Shown piece by piece: positions 1 to 8,687 of a DNA stretch of 23,647 nt. The notes under the pieces were generated by a model. It made no database searches. It had not been told where the DNA came from and saw only the letters and a program-made list of their open reading frames with translations. The stretch is taken from contig JASEGJ010000017.1 in the NCBI GenBank assembly GCA_030018135.1, positions 1-23,647 on the forward strand, in the 5' to 3' direction. The stretch is from Candidatus Hodarchaeaceae archaeon (lineage in GTDB: Archaea > Hadarchaeota > Hadarchaeia > Hadarchaeales > Hadarchaeaceae). The position numbers and the translations under genes were made by a program. Position 1 is the first letter of the stretch, and each line of letters starts with the position of its first letter.

Positions 1-1
1 T

Positions 2-54
2 TCTGGGACTCCGATGTTTTTAAACTACGGCGTGACTTGTGGGAAATGACTTAA
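2..54 (+). repeat. Left copy of a 53-bp inverted repeat (partner 23595-23647); encodes the 3' end of an ORF (FWDSDVFKLRRDLWEMT*), probably the end of a multi-copy IS
   Basis: Positions 2-54 are the exact reverse complement of 23595-23647. Frame +1 is open from base 1 to TAA at 52-54, and identity stops right after that stop codon. Confidence 0.95.
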
Positions 55-123
55 AGTTTTTGCCGGAAAGGTTGAAGCGAATATAAGATGGCGCGGGATT
101 AATAATCTAGGATGTAGTTCTAA

Positions 124-1154
124 ATTGTTTCGGCATTGGGTTCTGCGCTGGTTTTAAGGCATAATATTACGTAGTTGTTATCGCTCTTGGAGGCTGACGG
201 GGACGGGGGGTGAACAAACCCCAATGAGGTGGTAGGATGAACCCCAAATGCCCAGCCTGTGGAACAGGCTCCTGGAAAAACGGCTTCAGCCGAAGCGGCC
301 GCCGTGTGTATAAGTGTAAGTCTTGTGGCAGAAAGTTCAACGATCGAGCCGGAACGCCGTACTGGCACCTAAAAAAGGAGGAAAGAGATGTTTTGACGGC
401 CTCGCTGTTGTACACAAAATACCCTCTCTCGACCTACCAGGTCGCGGACCTCCTCGAACTCTTCGGGGTCAAGGTCTCCGCTTCCTCGGTTGGGCGATGG
501 CCCCAGCGGTTCGGCCATTTCGCGAAGAAAATCGCCAAGCGCTACAGGGTTAAGTTCTCCAAGATTTGGCACGTAGATGAGAAATTCACGCCCCACAAGC
601 GCGTCCCGTCGGAGCGGTGGAAGCGTGGCAAGCGGAAGTGGGCCTATCAGATAACGGTCCTTGATTCCGAGGGCAACGTTGTTGCCAGCTACCTAGCCCC
701 AGAGCGGAGTACCAAGGCCATCCGCAAGCCCCTGAGGCGGGCGAAGGAGGAAGCGGGTTTCTCGCCCGAGATCGTCGTGAGCGATAAGTACAACGCATAT
801 GATCGAGGGGTAAACGTGCTCGGCAGGCGCACGAGGCACATCCGTACCCATTTCAAGGGGAAGCTGATCCCCTACGGTAAGGGCGTCGTCCTGCTCAGCA
901 ATAACAAAAAAATTGAACGTTACCACTCACAGATAGCGCCGAAGATCCGCTCCATGCGGGGCATCAAGAATCTGGAGGAGGGCGACCGCTTCTTCCAAGT
1001 CCATAACTTCGCGCATAATTTCTCCAAAAAGGGCAGACTGAAGCGAATTCTAGGCCATCTCGGCCTAAAGCCGAACTTAGATGGATTGACGAAATTATTT
1101 TACATCGCCAGGAATTTTTGAACCGAAGCGTGCGGCCCAATCAGGCCGAACAAT
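124..1154 (+). mobile_element. IS6-family insertion sequence, ends approximate
   Basis: Contains the transposase at 237-1121. Imperfect inverted flanks: attgtttcggcattggg (124-140) versus the reverse complement of 1136-1154, attgttcggcctgattggg. No clear target-site duplication. Confidence 0.55.
237..1121 (+). CDS. IS6-family (IS240-like) DDE transposase with N-terminal Zn ribbon and HTH
   Basis: CPACG...YKCKSCGRKF zinc ribbon; VSASSVGRW HTH; WHVDEKF, VVSDKYNAY and NNKKIERYH DDE motifs; GAGGTG Shine-Dalgarno upstream. Confidence 0.9.
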   Translation: MNPKCPACGTGSWKNGFSRSGRRVYKCKSCGRKFNDRAGTPYWHLKKEERDVLTASLLYTKYPLSTYQVADLLELFGVKVSASSVGRWPQRFGHFAKKIAKRYRVKFSKIWHVDEKFTPHKRVPSERWKRGKRKWAYQITVLDSEGNVVASYLAPERSTKAIRKPLRRAKEEAGFSPEIVVSDKYNAYDRGVNVLGRRTRHIRTHFKGKLIPYGKGVVLLSNNKKIERYHSQIAPKIRSMRGIKNLEEGDRFFQVHNFAHNFSKKGRLKRILGHLGLKPNLDGLTKLFYIARNF

Positions 1155-1357
1155 AGACAATAGATACCTCCAAAAACATAAAAATTTTGCCTTGTAATTG
1201 CTTCACAACCCAAAACATAACACTCTAATCAATAAAATCATTGGAAGCTGACTTCCCCATCCAGCATCACCGCAATGTACAAATACTTGAACCTCACAAA
1301 GAAGTGTTGAAGGGTTTTAGCATTCGGCGGCCGTCCTCACCGGCGGCTCTACCAAAG

Positions 1358-2428
1358 TTAGGTCGGGAAGGCCGGCTCGCACCGAACCGACTGCCCAGCA
1401 CACAAAGTTTTTACCATGGAGGAGATTTCCAGCCACCAACCCGATTTTAAGTTGAGAAGTGCCGGTAACTGTTCGACGAGCCCAGGCCTTTCCCCCTCGA
1501 TAAAAGGCGCAATGGACTCCAGAACCCATCGCCTCAGGTTCAATTTATCGTACATGAGCTTGCTCCCGGTTTTCTTCGCTACTTCGACGACTTGCTCGAG
1601 GCTTTCCTTGCAATCGTTTACCTCGGGTATTATTGGCCCCAAGAAGAGCCATGTTTCCACGCCGCGTGAGGCGAACTCCTCAAGCACTTGAGTCCGCGCA
1701 TCGGGCCTTGGCGACCTGGGCTCGATTTTGCTCGTCAGATCTTCGTCCATGGTCGTTATCGTCACCCCGACATCGAACTTACCGGGCTCGATCAAATCCA
1801 CATCTCGAAGCACCAAGTTTGATTTCGTTTGAATGGATACGGGAAAATCATGAGCGGACAGGATTTCAAGGCACTTCCTCGTCAGCTGAAGTTTTGATTC
1901 GAGTGGTTGGTAGGGGTCCGTTACCGTGCTCAGCCCGATGGTTCCCTTGGGTTTGCGCTTCAGCTCCTGCGTTAGAACTTCCTGGATGTTTTGTTTGGCT
2001 TTTACAAATTTCCCCCAATTCAGAGCCAGCTGCCTGTCCCTGAAAATTGACCGACTGTAACAATAGATGCAGCCGTGCTCGCAGCCGAGGTAAGGGTTCA
2101 AAGAGTAGCGAAGGCCCGGCAGCCTGCTCTGCGAGAGCGCCGTCCTGCAGGTGATGGGTAAATATTTAATGTTCATAGGGTTTTTATGTAAATAACTCAA
2201 AAGAGATTTTAAATTCGAAATGCGTAGCGAAACTTGCTTTCCATTCAGCACACGGGCCACCTGGTGCCTGCCCCATCCCGTTGTACGCTCCACAGCAGCC
2301 TTTGACCCTGCTTTTTTAAGTGCTTCACATGCTAGTTTTATTAACTTCTCTTGGGCGAGCTTCACATAGAGACCATCGCTAAATTGATGCCAGACCGGAT
2401 TTAACGAAGTTACCGGCTCTTTTGTCAT
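1358..2428 (-). CDS. SPL-like (spore photoproduct lyase family, COG1533-type) radical SAM protein with N-terminal HTH extension
   Basis: SLNPYLGCEHGCIYCY (CxxxCxxC), STVTDPYQPLE, IQTKSNLVLRD, EPRSPRPDAR and FLGPIIP motifs. The core begins at the ATG at 2176; in-frame upstream starts lie at 2428, 2440 and 2452, so the start is uncertain. Confidence 0.88.
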   Translation of the reverse strand: MTKEPVTSLNPVWHQFSDGLYVKLAQEKLIKLACEALKKAGSKAAVERTTGWGRHQVARVLNGKQVSLRISNLKSLLSYLHKNPMNIKYLPITCRTALSQSRLPGLRYSLNPYLGCEHGCIYCYSRSIFRDRQLALNWGKFVKAKQNIQEVLTQELKRKPKGTIGLSTVTDPYQPLESKLQLTRKCLEILSAHDFPVSIQTKSNLVLRDVDLIEPGKFDVGVTITTMDEDLTSKIEPRSPRPDARTQVLEEFASRGVETWLFLGPIIPEVNDCKESLEQVVEVAKKTGSKLMYDKLNLRRWVLESIAPFIEGERPGLVEQLPALLNLKSGWWLEISSMVKTLCAGQSVRCEPAFPT

Positions 2429-2457
2429 ACATCCCCCCATCTTAACCTCCACTTTTG

Positions 2458-2474
2458 TTAGCCTTAATAGCTAA
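2458..2474 (-). promoter_or_regulatory. Candidate TATA element (TATTAAG) flanked by a TTAGC/GCTAA inverted repeat, upstream of the HTH-rSAM gene
   Basis: Sequence ttagc-cttaata-gctaa; it lies about 20-45 bp upstream of the candidate ATGs at 2440 and 2428. Confidence 0.35.
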
Positions 2475-2531
2475 GCGTCTTTTGGGGAGAGGTCACCGAA
2501 AGTATTCACCCATTGAACCGCGGCCTGAGTT

Positions 2532-3887
2532 TTATAGAAAATGGGAAATCTTTTTCTGAAAGAGAGCTTGTCGTAATATATGGCTGTTTTTAATCCACTC
2601 ATCTAAAGGAACGGTTAATAGGATACTTGCATGTTTTAAGGCATCTTGCAGGTTCTCAAATTTTTGTGGTTCGGTCCTCAGCGCGGCTCTTACCGACTCA
2701 CGAGTAAACCAGACGCCAATGGGTAGGATATAGCCGGGATGAATTTCTCTAAGCGCGAGCGCCGAGGCTTGTTTTTGCTCCTGGTTTAGCCTTTCTGCGA
2801 CTGCCAATCTGCAGGCGTAATAGCATCCGCCGATATCCGGGTAGGTTTTTCGCCCCCAATAGGGCTCGTGATCACCCATAATCGCGGGTTTTCTTGCTGG
2901 CCCGTTAGGGTTCCATGTAGTGCCTGGAAACCAGCATTCAATCCATTCGAAACTCCAACGCTCAGGCATCATAATGATCACAAACCTATTATCGAGGTTT
3001 TTAAATGAGTAAACGCGGTACTCGTCGATGGTGTCGTGCTGCTTTACCCTGTCGATGAGTTCTTGAGATAGGATGCTGTCAACCGCCGTTATGCTCCATC
3101 GCGTAGGCACGAGCTTCCTCCTTTGCTTGACGCCGAACACGCCCAAGCTGAGGGCCCTCTGAAGCCTTGTGACTAGAACCCCCTCATCGTAAAGGTTGGT
3201 GATGGCTTCGGCCGCCTTCAAATCTCGGTCATAATAGGCCTTCTCGATCCTCCGGTCCACGCTTATGTCCGAGACCTTAAATGACTTTAGGGGTGCGGAC
3301 GGCCCAAACGGTTGGGAATCCTCGCTCAAGGTTATAACCTTCCTTGGCATTTTGGTGAGCAGGGCTTCGGCCTCGACCGGCCTTGAGCCCATCGCTAGCT
3401 CCTGAAGCGCGTCGAGGAGCTTTCCCCCCGCCTGTGCGTCGAACACGCTCGTTCGAACCTCTCCCCGAATCAGTGAGAAGCGATAATCTATGATCTCATC
3501 CACGCTCTTCCCGATCCAAAGCTCAGGGGTGTCTAAAATTTCTGTGTCTCCAAAGTATGGGGGCACCATTGGCCCGATGTACACCTTCGGATAGCCCATA
3601 CGCCCGACGAACACGCCCGGAGGGGTGGAACCCTGAACGCGCTCCGAGGTTACTAGGACGCTGGATTTGGCGAGCGATTGAGCCCTCGCCATTATCGGAC
3701 ACCTCAACTTGCCACATAACATCCTTCCTCCCTTGCATAGCAGGCAAAGGGAACTCGAAGGGGTCTCTACCACCTTGATGTCCTCAAATGCCGCAAGTTC
3801 GCCTACGTGCTCCGGAGGTATGACATCCTGGAGCCATCTAACTTGGCCGGCTGGCATTTGGTACCCTGATGAAGGTCTTTTTTCCAT
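2532..3887 (-). CDS. nreA: Archaeal DNA repair protein Nre (NreA/NreB family), PCNA-interacting
   Basis: CLLCKGGRMLCGKLRCP Cys cluster; GSTPPGVFVGRMGYPKV, LVPTRWSITAVD and GGCYYACRLAV motifs; C-terminal PIP box QKKISHFL. Confidence 0.93.
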   Translation of the reverse strand: MEKRPSSGYQMPAGQVRWLQDVIPPEHVGELAAFEDIKVVETPSSSLCLLCKGGRMLCGKLRCPIMARAQSLAKSSVLVTSERVQGSTPPGVFVGRMGYPKVYIGPMVPPYFGDTEILDTPELWIGKSVDEIIDYRFSLIRGEVRTSVFDAQAGGKLLDALQELAMGSRPVEAEALLTKMPRKVITLSEDSQPFGPSAPLKSFKVSDISVDRRIEKAYYDRDLKAAEAITNLYDEGVLVTRLQRALSLGVFGVKQRRKLVPTRWSITAVDSILSQELIDRVKQHDTIDEYRVYSFKNLDNRFVIIMMPERWSFEWIECWFPGTTWNPNGPARKPAIMGDHEPYWGRKTYPDIGGCYYACRLAVAERLNQEQKQASALALREIHPGYILPIGVWFTRESVRAALRTEPQKFENLQDALKHASILLTVPLDEWIKNSHILRQALFQKKISHFL

Positions 3888-3947
3888 TCCTAATTAGCTA
3901 CATTGCCGCTGAAAAAATTTGAGCAAAACCTTTGTGCGCAGGGCAAT

Positions 3948-6323
3948 TTAGGTCAATTTCTTCGACCATTGGGGCGCAAAAATCCGCTCGGGCTTGCCTC
4001 CCGCCTTAAGCTTTTCTTCAATCTTCGCGACGAGAAGTCTGGTTTCTACGACCTTGTCCGGATTTACCGAGAGGCTGGTCGCCCCCTCGGCGAGCAGGAA
4101 CTCCACTATCTCAGGATAATTGCTTGGGGCCTGTCCACATATACTCGTCGTAACACCCCGTTCCTTGCAGATCCGAATAACATGGCTCATCGCGCGCAAC
4201 ACCGCTAGGTTTCTTTCATCATAGATCTCCTGTATTGAGGCATCGTCGCGATCTATGCCCAAGATGAGCATCGTCAGGTCGTTCGTGCCGAAGGAGATGC
4301 CGTCTATGCCCTCGTCGATAAACTTGTCGATGAGAAGCACCGTGCTAGGTACCTCGCACATTATCCAGAGCTTGAAGTCGGGCCCGCGTCTCAGCCCCTC
4401 CTCTTCCATGATTCGCCTTGCCTCGCGGAACTCCTGGATCGTACGCACGAATGGTACCATGACCCAGACGTTTTTGAGCCCGTACTCCTCGCGCACCTTT
4501 TTGATCGCTTTACATTCAAGCCTAAAGATATCGGGTTCCTTCACATATCTGAAACATCCGCGATAGCCGATGAGCGGATTGGGCCCGACATGGCCAGCCT
4601 CGCGCTCGTATTTTTCTCCCCCGGGCATGCCCAAGAACTCATCGGGCTTGAAATCGAGGAATCGGTAAACTACTGGGCCGGGGTGGAACGCCTTCGCAAC
4701 TTGCGCTACCCCCCCCGCGAACTGGTCTACCATGAGTTGTTCACCGCCCTCCTCAATCAGCAGGCGCGGGTGCTTGCCTATCCCGAGCATCATGTGCTCA
4801 GCGCGGAGCAGCCCAACGCCGTCAGCGAGGGTCTCGGCATGCACCTTGTCCGCGAGTTCGGGGATGGATAGGTTCACGTAGACCTTACTCTTAGTCCTGG
4901 GGAGTTCCTCGGGCTTGGGGATGCCGACCTCCTTCCTCTTTGTGAGGACCTCCTCCACGAGCCCCTCATAAACATTTCCAACCTCGGCGTCGACGGTATA
5001 CTCATTCCCGGTCTGCATGATTTCGGTCGCATTTCGGGTGCCGACGATGCAGGGGATGCCCATCTCGCGGCTCACTATCGCCGCGTGGCAAGTGAGCCCT
5101 CCGCTATCGGTGACGATGGAAGTCGCGAGCTTCATATACGGGACCCAATCTGGGTTTGTTAGCTCGGTGACCAAGATGTTCCCCTTCTCCATGAGCTTGG
5201 AGGCCTCGGCCGTCGACATGGCCACCTTGGCCTTGCCTGCGCCCACCCCAGGGCTGGCTGCCAATCCTTTCGTCACGACGCGGTGCTCAGCCGCCAACTT
5301 TAAGCCGACCCGTTCACGCGTTCGGGTGCTCCACACGGTTTCGGCTCGCGATTGAACGATGTAAACATTTTGAGGATAAGGCTCGTCACGATCGATGGCA
5401 AATTCAATGTCTTGGGCTCTGCCGTAATGGCGCTCTATTAGCTTTCCGAGTTCGGCGAGCTTTTTGACTTCGTCGTCGGTAAGGCACGGGATATCTCTTC
5501 GCTCCGGCGGGATCTCCGAATGGACAGTTTTTCCCGTTTTGGGATCCCTCACGTATTCGATTTTTTTGGCGGCGATTTGCCTTTCAAGAATTTCAAGCTT
5601 ATTCTTATCAACGATGAATCGATCTGGCGTGACGGATCCGCTCACGACGCTCTCACCAAGCCCCCAGTTCGCTTCGATGATGACTTTGTCTGCTTCGCCA
5701 GTCGCCGGGTGTATTGTGAAGAGAACGCCAGCAGCTTTGGCGTTCACCATTTTCTGCACCGCAACGCTTAGGAGCACGATTTCATGCTTAAATCCCTTCT
5801 CGACTCTATAGAATATCGCCCTGGGCGTAAACAGACTGCCCCAACATTTTCGAACTTTTTCTATCAGCTCTTCGGCCCCCTTCACGTTGAGATAAGTTTC
5901 CTGTTGGCCCGCGAAGCTTGCGTCTGGTAGGTCTTCAGCAGTCGCCGATGACCTAACGGCAACGGAGATGGTTGCCAGCCCAACCCTCTCGCCGAGTTTT
6001 TCATAGGCTTGAGTTATGGCTCGTTTTATGTCTTCTGGCACGGGCGTCGATTCGATAAGTTCTCTAACTTTTTTCGAGGCTTCTTGAAGTTGTGCGGGAT
6101 CTTTTGGGTCCGCCTCCTTTATGGTTTTAAAGATCCGTCCCTCGATTCCGGTTTCCTCGATAAATTTTTTGTAAACTTGAGCAGTAACAGCGAACCCTGG
6201 CGGGACCGGTATGCCGGCGGAAATCATCTCCCCTAAATTCGCGCATTTCCCGCCAACTAAGGGTATATCTTCTTTTCTCAAATCTTCAAACCATATTATG
6301 GTTTTTTCCTCGCTCGTATTCAT
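3948..6323 (-). CDS. ppsA: Phosphoenolpyruvate synthase (pyruvate, water dikinase)
   Basis: VGGKCANLGEM, VAVRSSATAEDLPDASFAGQQETYLN, phospho-His motif GGLTCHAAIVSRE, GTNDLT and SICGQAPS. The start is placed at ATG 6323 because GAGGTG (6335-6330) precedes it. Confidence 0.97.
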   Translation of the reverse strand: MNTSEEKTIIWFEDLRKEDIPLVGGKCANLGEMISAGIPVPPGFAVTAQVYKKFIEETGIEGRIFKTIKEADPKDPAQLQEASKKVRELIESTPVPEDIKRAITQAYEKLGERVGLATISVAVRSSATAEDLPDASFAGQQETYLNVKGAEELIEKVRKCWGSLFTPRAIFYRVEKGFKHEIVLLSVAVQKMVNAKAAGVLFTIHPATGEADKVIIEANWGLGESVVSGSVTPDRFIVDKNKLEILERQIAAKKIEYVRDPKTGKTVHSEIPPERRDIPCLTDDEVKKLAELGKLIERHYGRAQDIEFAIDRDEPYPQNVYIVQSRAETVWSTRTRERVGLKLAAEHRVVTKGLAASPGVGAGKAKVAMSTAEASKLMEKGNILVTELTNPDWVPYMKLATSIVTDSGGLTCHAAIVSREMGIPCIVGTRNATEIMQTGNEYTVDAEVGNVYEGLVEEVLTKRKEVGIPKPEELPRTKSKVYVNLSIPELADKVHAETLADGVGLLRAEHMMLGIGKHPRLLIEEGGEQLMVDQFAGGVAQVAKAFHPGPVVYRFLDFKPDEFLGMPGGEKYEREAGHVGPNPLIGYRGCFRYVKEPDIFRLECKAIKKVREEYGLKNVWVMVPFVRTIQEFREARRIMEEEGLRRGPDFKLWIMCEVPSTVLLIDKFIDEGIDGISFGTNDLTMLILGIDRDDASIQEIYDERNLAVLRAMSHVIRICKERGVTTSICGQAPSNYPEIVEFLLAEGATSLSVNPDKVVETRLLVAKIEEKLKAGGKPERIFAPQWSKKLT

Positions 6324-6344
6324 CTTGAACACCTCGTGAGCTTT

Positions 6345-6387
6345 TAATCTTATGAAGATTACAGTACCTCATAAATAAGGTTTCTCG
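6345..6387 (-). promoter_or_regulatory. ppsA promoter: BRE/TATA (cgagaaa-cc-TTATTTAT) followed by the palindrome TAATCTT-N3-AAGATTA
   Basis: On the minus strand the BRE-like element is at 6387-6381 and the TATA-like element at 6378-6371. Perfect 7-bp arms lie at 6345-6351 and 6355-6361. Confidence 0.55.
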
Positions 6388-6483
6388 TTTACCAATTTTT
6401 TTATGGTTGCGGAATCTTATTTGAAAAATGGGCGCTTACCAAGGTGGGCGCATGGGACCTGTAAGACGCTAATTGGTGCGAAA

Positions 6484-7482
6484 ATGTACGATTTTGAGCC
6501 AAAAAGGGTTAAGCAATTTTTCAGGCGGCACGATGTGGGGCGAGTGGCGATCCAGTTGCCCGCCGGCCTAAGAAGATATCTCCCGGAGATCATACCGACA
6601 TATAAAGAATCCGGCGTCGAGACATTGGTCTTAGCTGATAGTTGCTACGGAGGATGTGATGTTGCGGATGTCGTTGCTAGACAACTGGGATGCGATGCCT
6701 TGGTTCATTATGGTCACGCAGATATGGGCCTGCCGACCTGCTTACCAACGCTCTACGTTGAGGCGCGCATGACGGTGAACCCCCTCGAGGCCGTCGAAGG
6801 AGCATTGCCGAAGTTGAGATTCAAGCGGGTGGGATTGGCCACAACAGTGCAGCATATAGGTCACCTCAAGAAAGTGGCCGAGTTTCTGCGCTCTCGCGGC
6901 TTTAGGCCATACATCGGTGAGCCCGGGCAGCGGGCCAAGTACCCAGGACAGATACTCGGATGCGACTCCGGCTGCGTGAGGTCGATCGCGGATCGGGTGG
7001 ATGGTTTCATTTACATTGGGACCGGCAGATTTCACCCCCTCGGCATCGCCCTTTCGACCGGTAAAGACATCGTCATAGCGAACCCGGTTGCGGGGTATTC
7101 CGAGGAACTGCATTGGAATCCTGATGTTTTCTTGAGCCGTCGAAGAGCAATGATATCAAGAGCGGCCGCATGCGAAAAGTTTGCGGTTGTTGTCAGTACC
7201 AAGCTCGGTCAATTGCGTTTCAAGCTAGCAACGATCGTCGCGGACGGCTTCAGAGGTGCGGGCTTGGTTGCCCATGTATTGGCGGTAGATGAGGTGGTGC
7301 CCGAGGGATTGGCGGATTTTGATGTGGACGCTTTTGTATGTGCCGCCTGCCCTCGCATACCCATAGATGAGGCGGATCGCTTTGATAGGCCCATCTTAAC
7401 TCCCTTTGAAGCAATGGTGATGCTCGGCAAGGCTAACTTTGGACCATACAAATTAGATGAGGTGCGCCAAAACGATTTTTGA
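6484..7482 (+). CDS. dph2: Diphthamide biosynthesis enzyme Dph2
   Basis: IQLPAGL, CYGGCD, LVHYGH, GQILGC, GTGRFH, STKLGQ and ACPRIPID motifs, with the three Fe-S cysteines. Likely start MYDFE at 6484. Confidence 0.94.
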   Translation: MYDFEPKRVKQFFRRHDVGRVAIQLPAGLRRYLPEIIPTYKESGVETLVLADSCYGGCDVADVVARQLGCDALVHYGHADMGLPTCLPTLYVEARMTVNPLEAVEGALPKLRFKRVGLATTVQHIGHLKKVAEFLRSRGFRPYIGEPGQRAKYPGQILGCDSGCVRSIADRVDGFIYIGTGRFHPLGIALSTGKDIVIANPVAGYSEELHWNPDVFLSRRRAMISRAAACEKFAVVVSTKLGQLRFKLATIVADGFRGAGLVAHVLAVDEVVPEGLADFDVDAFVCAACPRIPIDEADRFDRPILTPFEAMVMLGKANFGPYKLDEVRQNDF

Positions 7483-7492
7483 GGGTGCAACT

Positions 7493-8113
7493 TTGCGCAA
7501 GAAGCAACTTGAAATAGCCCTTCAAAAGCTTGCCGCCCACCCTAGTCCGAGTGCGGAACTCGAGCAGTACATGACCCCTGGCGATGTGGCGGCCACGCTA
7601 TTGCATATGGCGTACGCACGAGGCGATATCGCGAGAAGGACCATTTGCGATTTGGGTTGCGGCACTGGGCGCTTGGCCATCGGCGCAGCCTTATTGGGGG
7701 CCAAGAAGGTCATCGGGGTTGATATCGACCCAATAGCACTGAAGATAGCCGCGCGAAATGCCCGACGAGTGGGGGCAAACATAACGTGGATAAGATGCGA
7801 TGTCGGTAAATTCGAGTCCTCCGGCATAAATACGGTAATCCAGAATCCTCCTTTTGGCGTGCAGCGCAGGGGCGCGGACATGAAATTTTTACATAGGGCG
7901 CTGAAGCTTGCAGGGGTGGTTTACTCGTTACATAAGGCGACACCGAGAAACCGCGCATTTATAGCCAAGCGCGCGAAAGAGTTGGATGTAAAAATAACGG
8001 ATAGGCTCGAGCTCGACTTCCGCATCCCGCGGCAGTTCGAGTTTCACACCCGTGATACGTATAAGTTTAAAGTTGACCTCTACCGAATTGAGAGGGGGGA
8101 CAAAAATGGATGA
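7493..8113 (+). CDS. METTL5-family N6-adenine rRNA methyltransferase
   Basis: LEQYMTP, DLGCGTGRL SAM-binding motif, NPPFG, YSLHK and FEFH. Likely TTG start at 7493 after GAGGGTG. Confidence 0.9.
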   Translation: MRKKQLEIALQKLAAHPSPSAELEQYMTPGDVAATLLHMAYARGDIARRTICDLGCGTGRLAIGAALLGAKKVIGVDIDPIALKIAARNARRVGANITWIRCDVGKFESSGINTVIQNPPFGVQRRGADMKFLHRALKLAGVVYSLHKATPRNRAFIAKRAKELDVKITDRLELDFRIPRQFEFHTRDTYKFKVDLYRIERGDKNG

Positions 8114-8687
8114 GGAAATAAAAACTGGCGATTTCGTCGTGCCAGGCGATTTTCTCGCAACAGCGGAGGAATTCATGCCCGGCGAGGGAGCATATGAGGA
8201 GGATAGCAAAATTTATTCCTCTCGCACGGGGGTCGTACTAGTGGACGCTAGGACGAAACGGATCTCCGTCTTTCCTCGGACCCCAGTCCCGCCGGAGCTT
8301 AAGCGCGGCGACACGGTGATTGGCCGGGTCGAGGAGGTGCGCGATCAATCGGCAAACGTTCATATCGGCGTTCTGAGGGGACGCGAGGATCGCCAACTCC
8401 CACTTCCAGACCTCGGCGTAATACATGTGTCGCAGGTTCGCGGGGGTTACGTCAAGGACCTAGGCCGTGAATTTAAACCAGGCGACATAGTGAGGGCTCG
8501 CGTCGTAAATGCGCGCAGGGGTCAGATTCAGCTATCGACGGTGGGCGATAACCTCGGCGTTATAGTTGCAACTTGTTCGCGATGTCGCGCACGCTTGGAG
8601 AAGGATGATGCTAGGCTCAGGTGTTCAAATTGCGGAAATGTTGAGTTCAGAAAAGTTGCTAGCGATTATCGCCAAGGAGTTCTGTAG
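8106..8687 (+). CDS. csl4: Exosome complex RNA-binding protein Csl4
   Basis: VVPGDFL...EEFMPGEGAYE, S1 domain IHVSQV...FKPGDIVRARV, C-terminal Zn ribbon CSRC...CSNCGNVEFRKVA. Confidence 0.95.
   Translation: MDEEIKTGDFVVPGDFLATAEEFMPGEGAYEEDSKIYSSRTGVVLVDARTKRISVFPRTPVPPELKRGDTVIGRVEEVRDQSANVHIGVLRGREDRQLPLPDLGVIHVSQVRGGYVKDLGREFKPGDIVRARVVNARRGQIQLSTVGDNLGVIVATCSRCRARLEKDDARLRCSNCGNVEFRKVASDYRQGVL

Noticed and set aside
1098-1171. Minus-strand GGAGGT followed by TTG (1160), suggesting a gene start disrupted by the IS6
   Set aside because: It gives only a 21-aa peptide, with no recognisable continuation on the other side of the IS.
1241-1450. 69-aa plus-strand ORF in the gap after the IS
   Set aside because: TTG start without an RBS, overlaps the rSAM 3' end on the opposite strand, and has no motif.
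3903-6236. Several plus-strand ORFs (75-115 aa) inside ppsA
   Set aside because: Antisense shadows of a GC-rich conserved gene, with no motifs.
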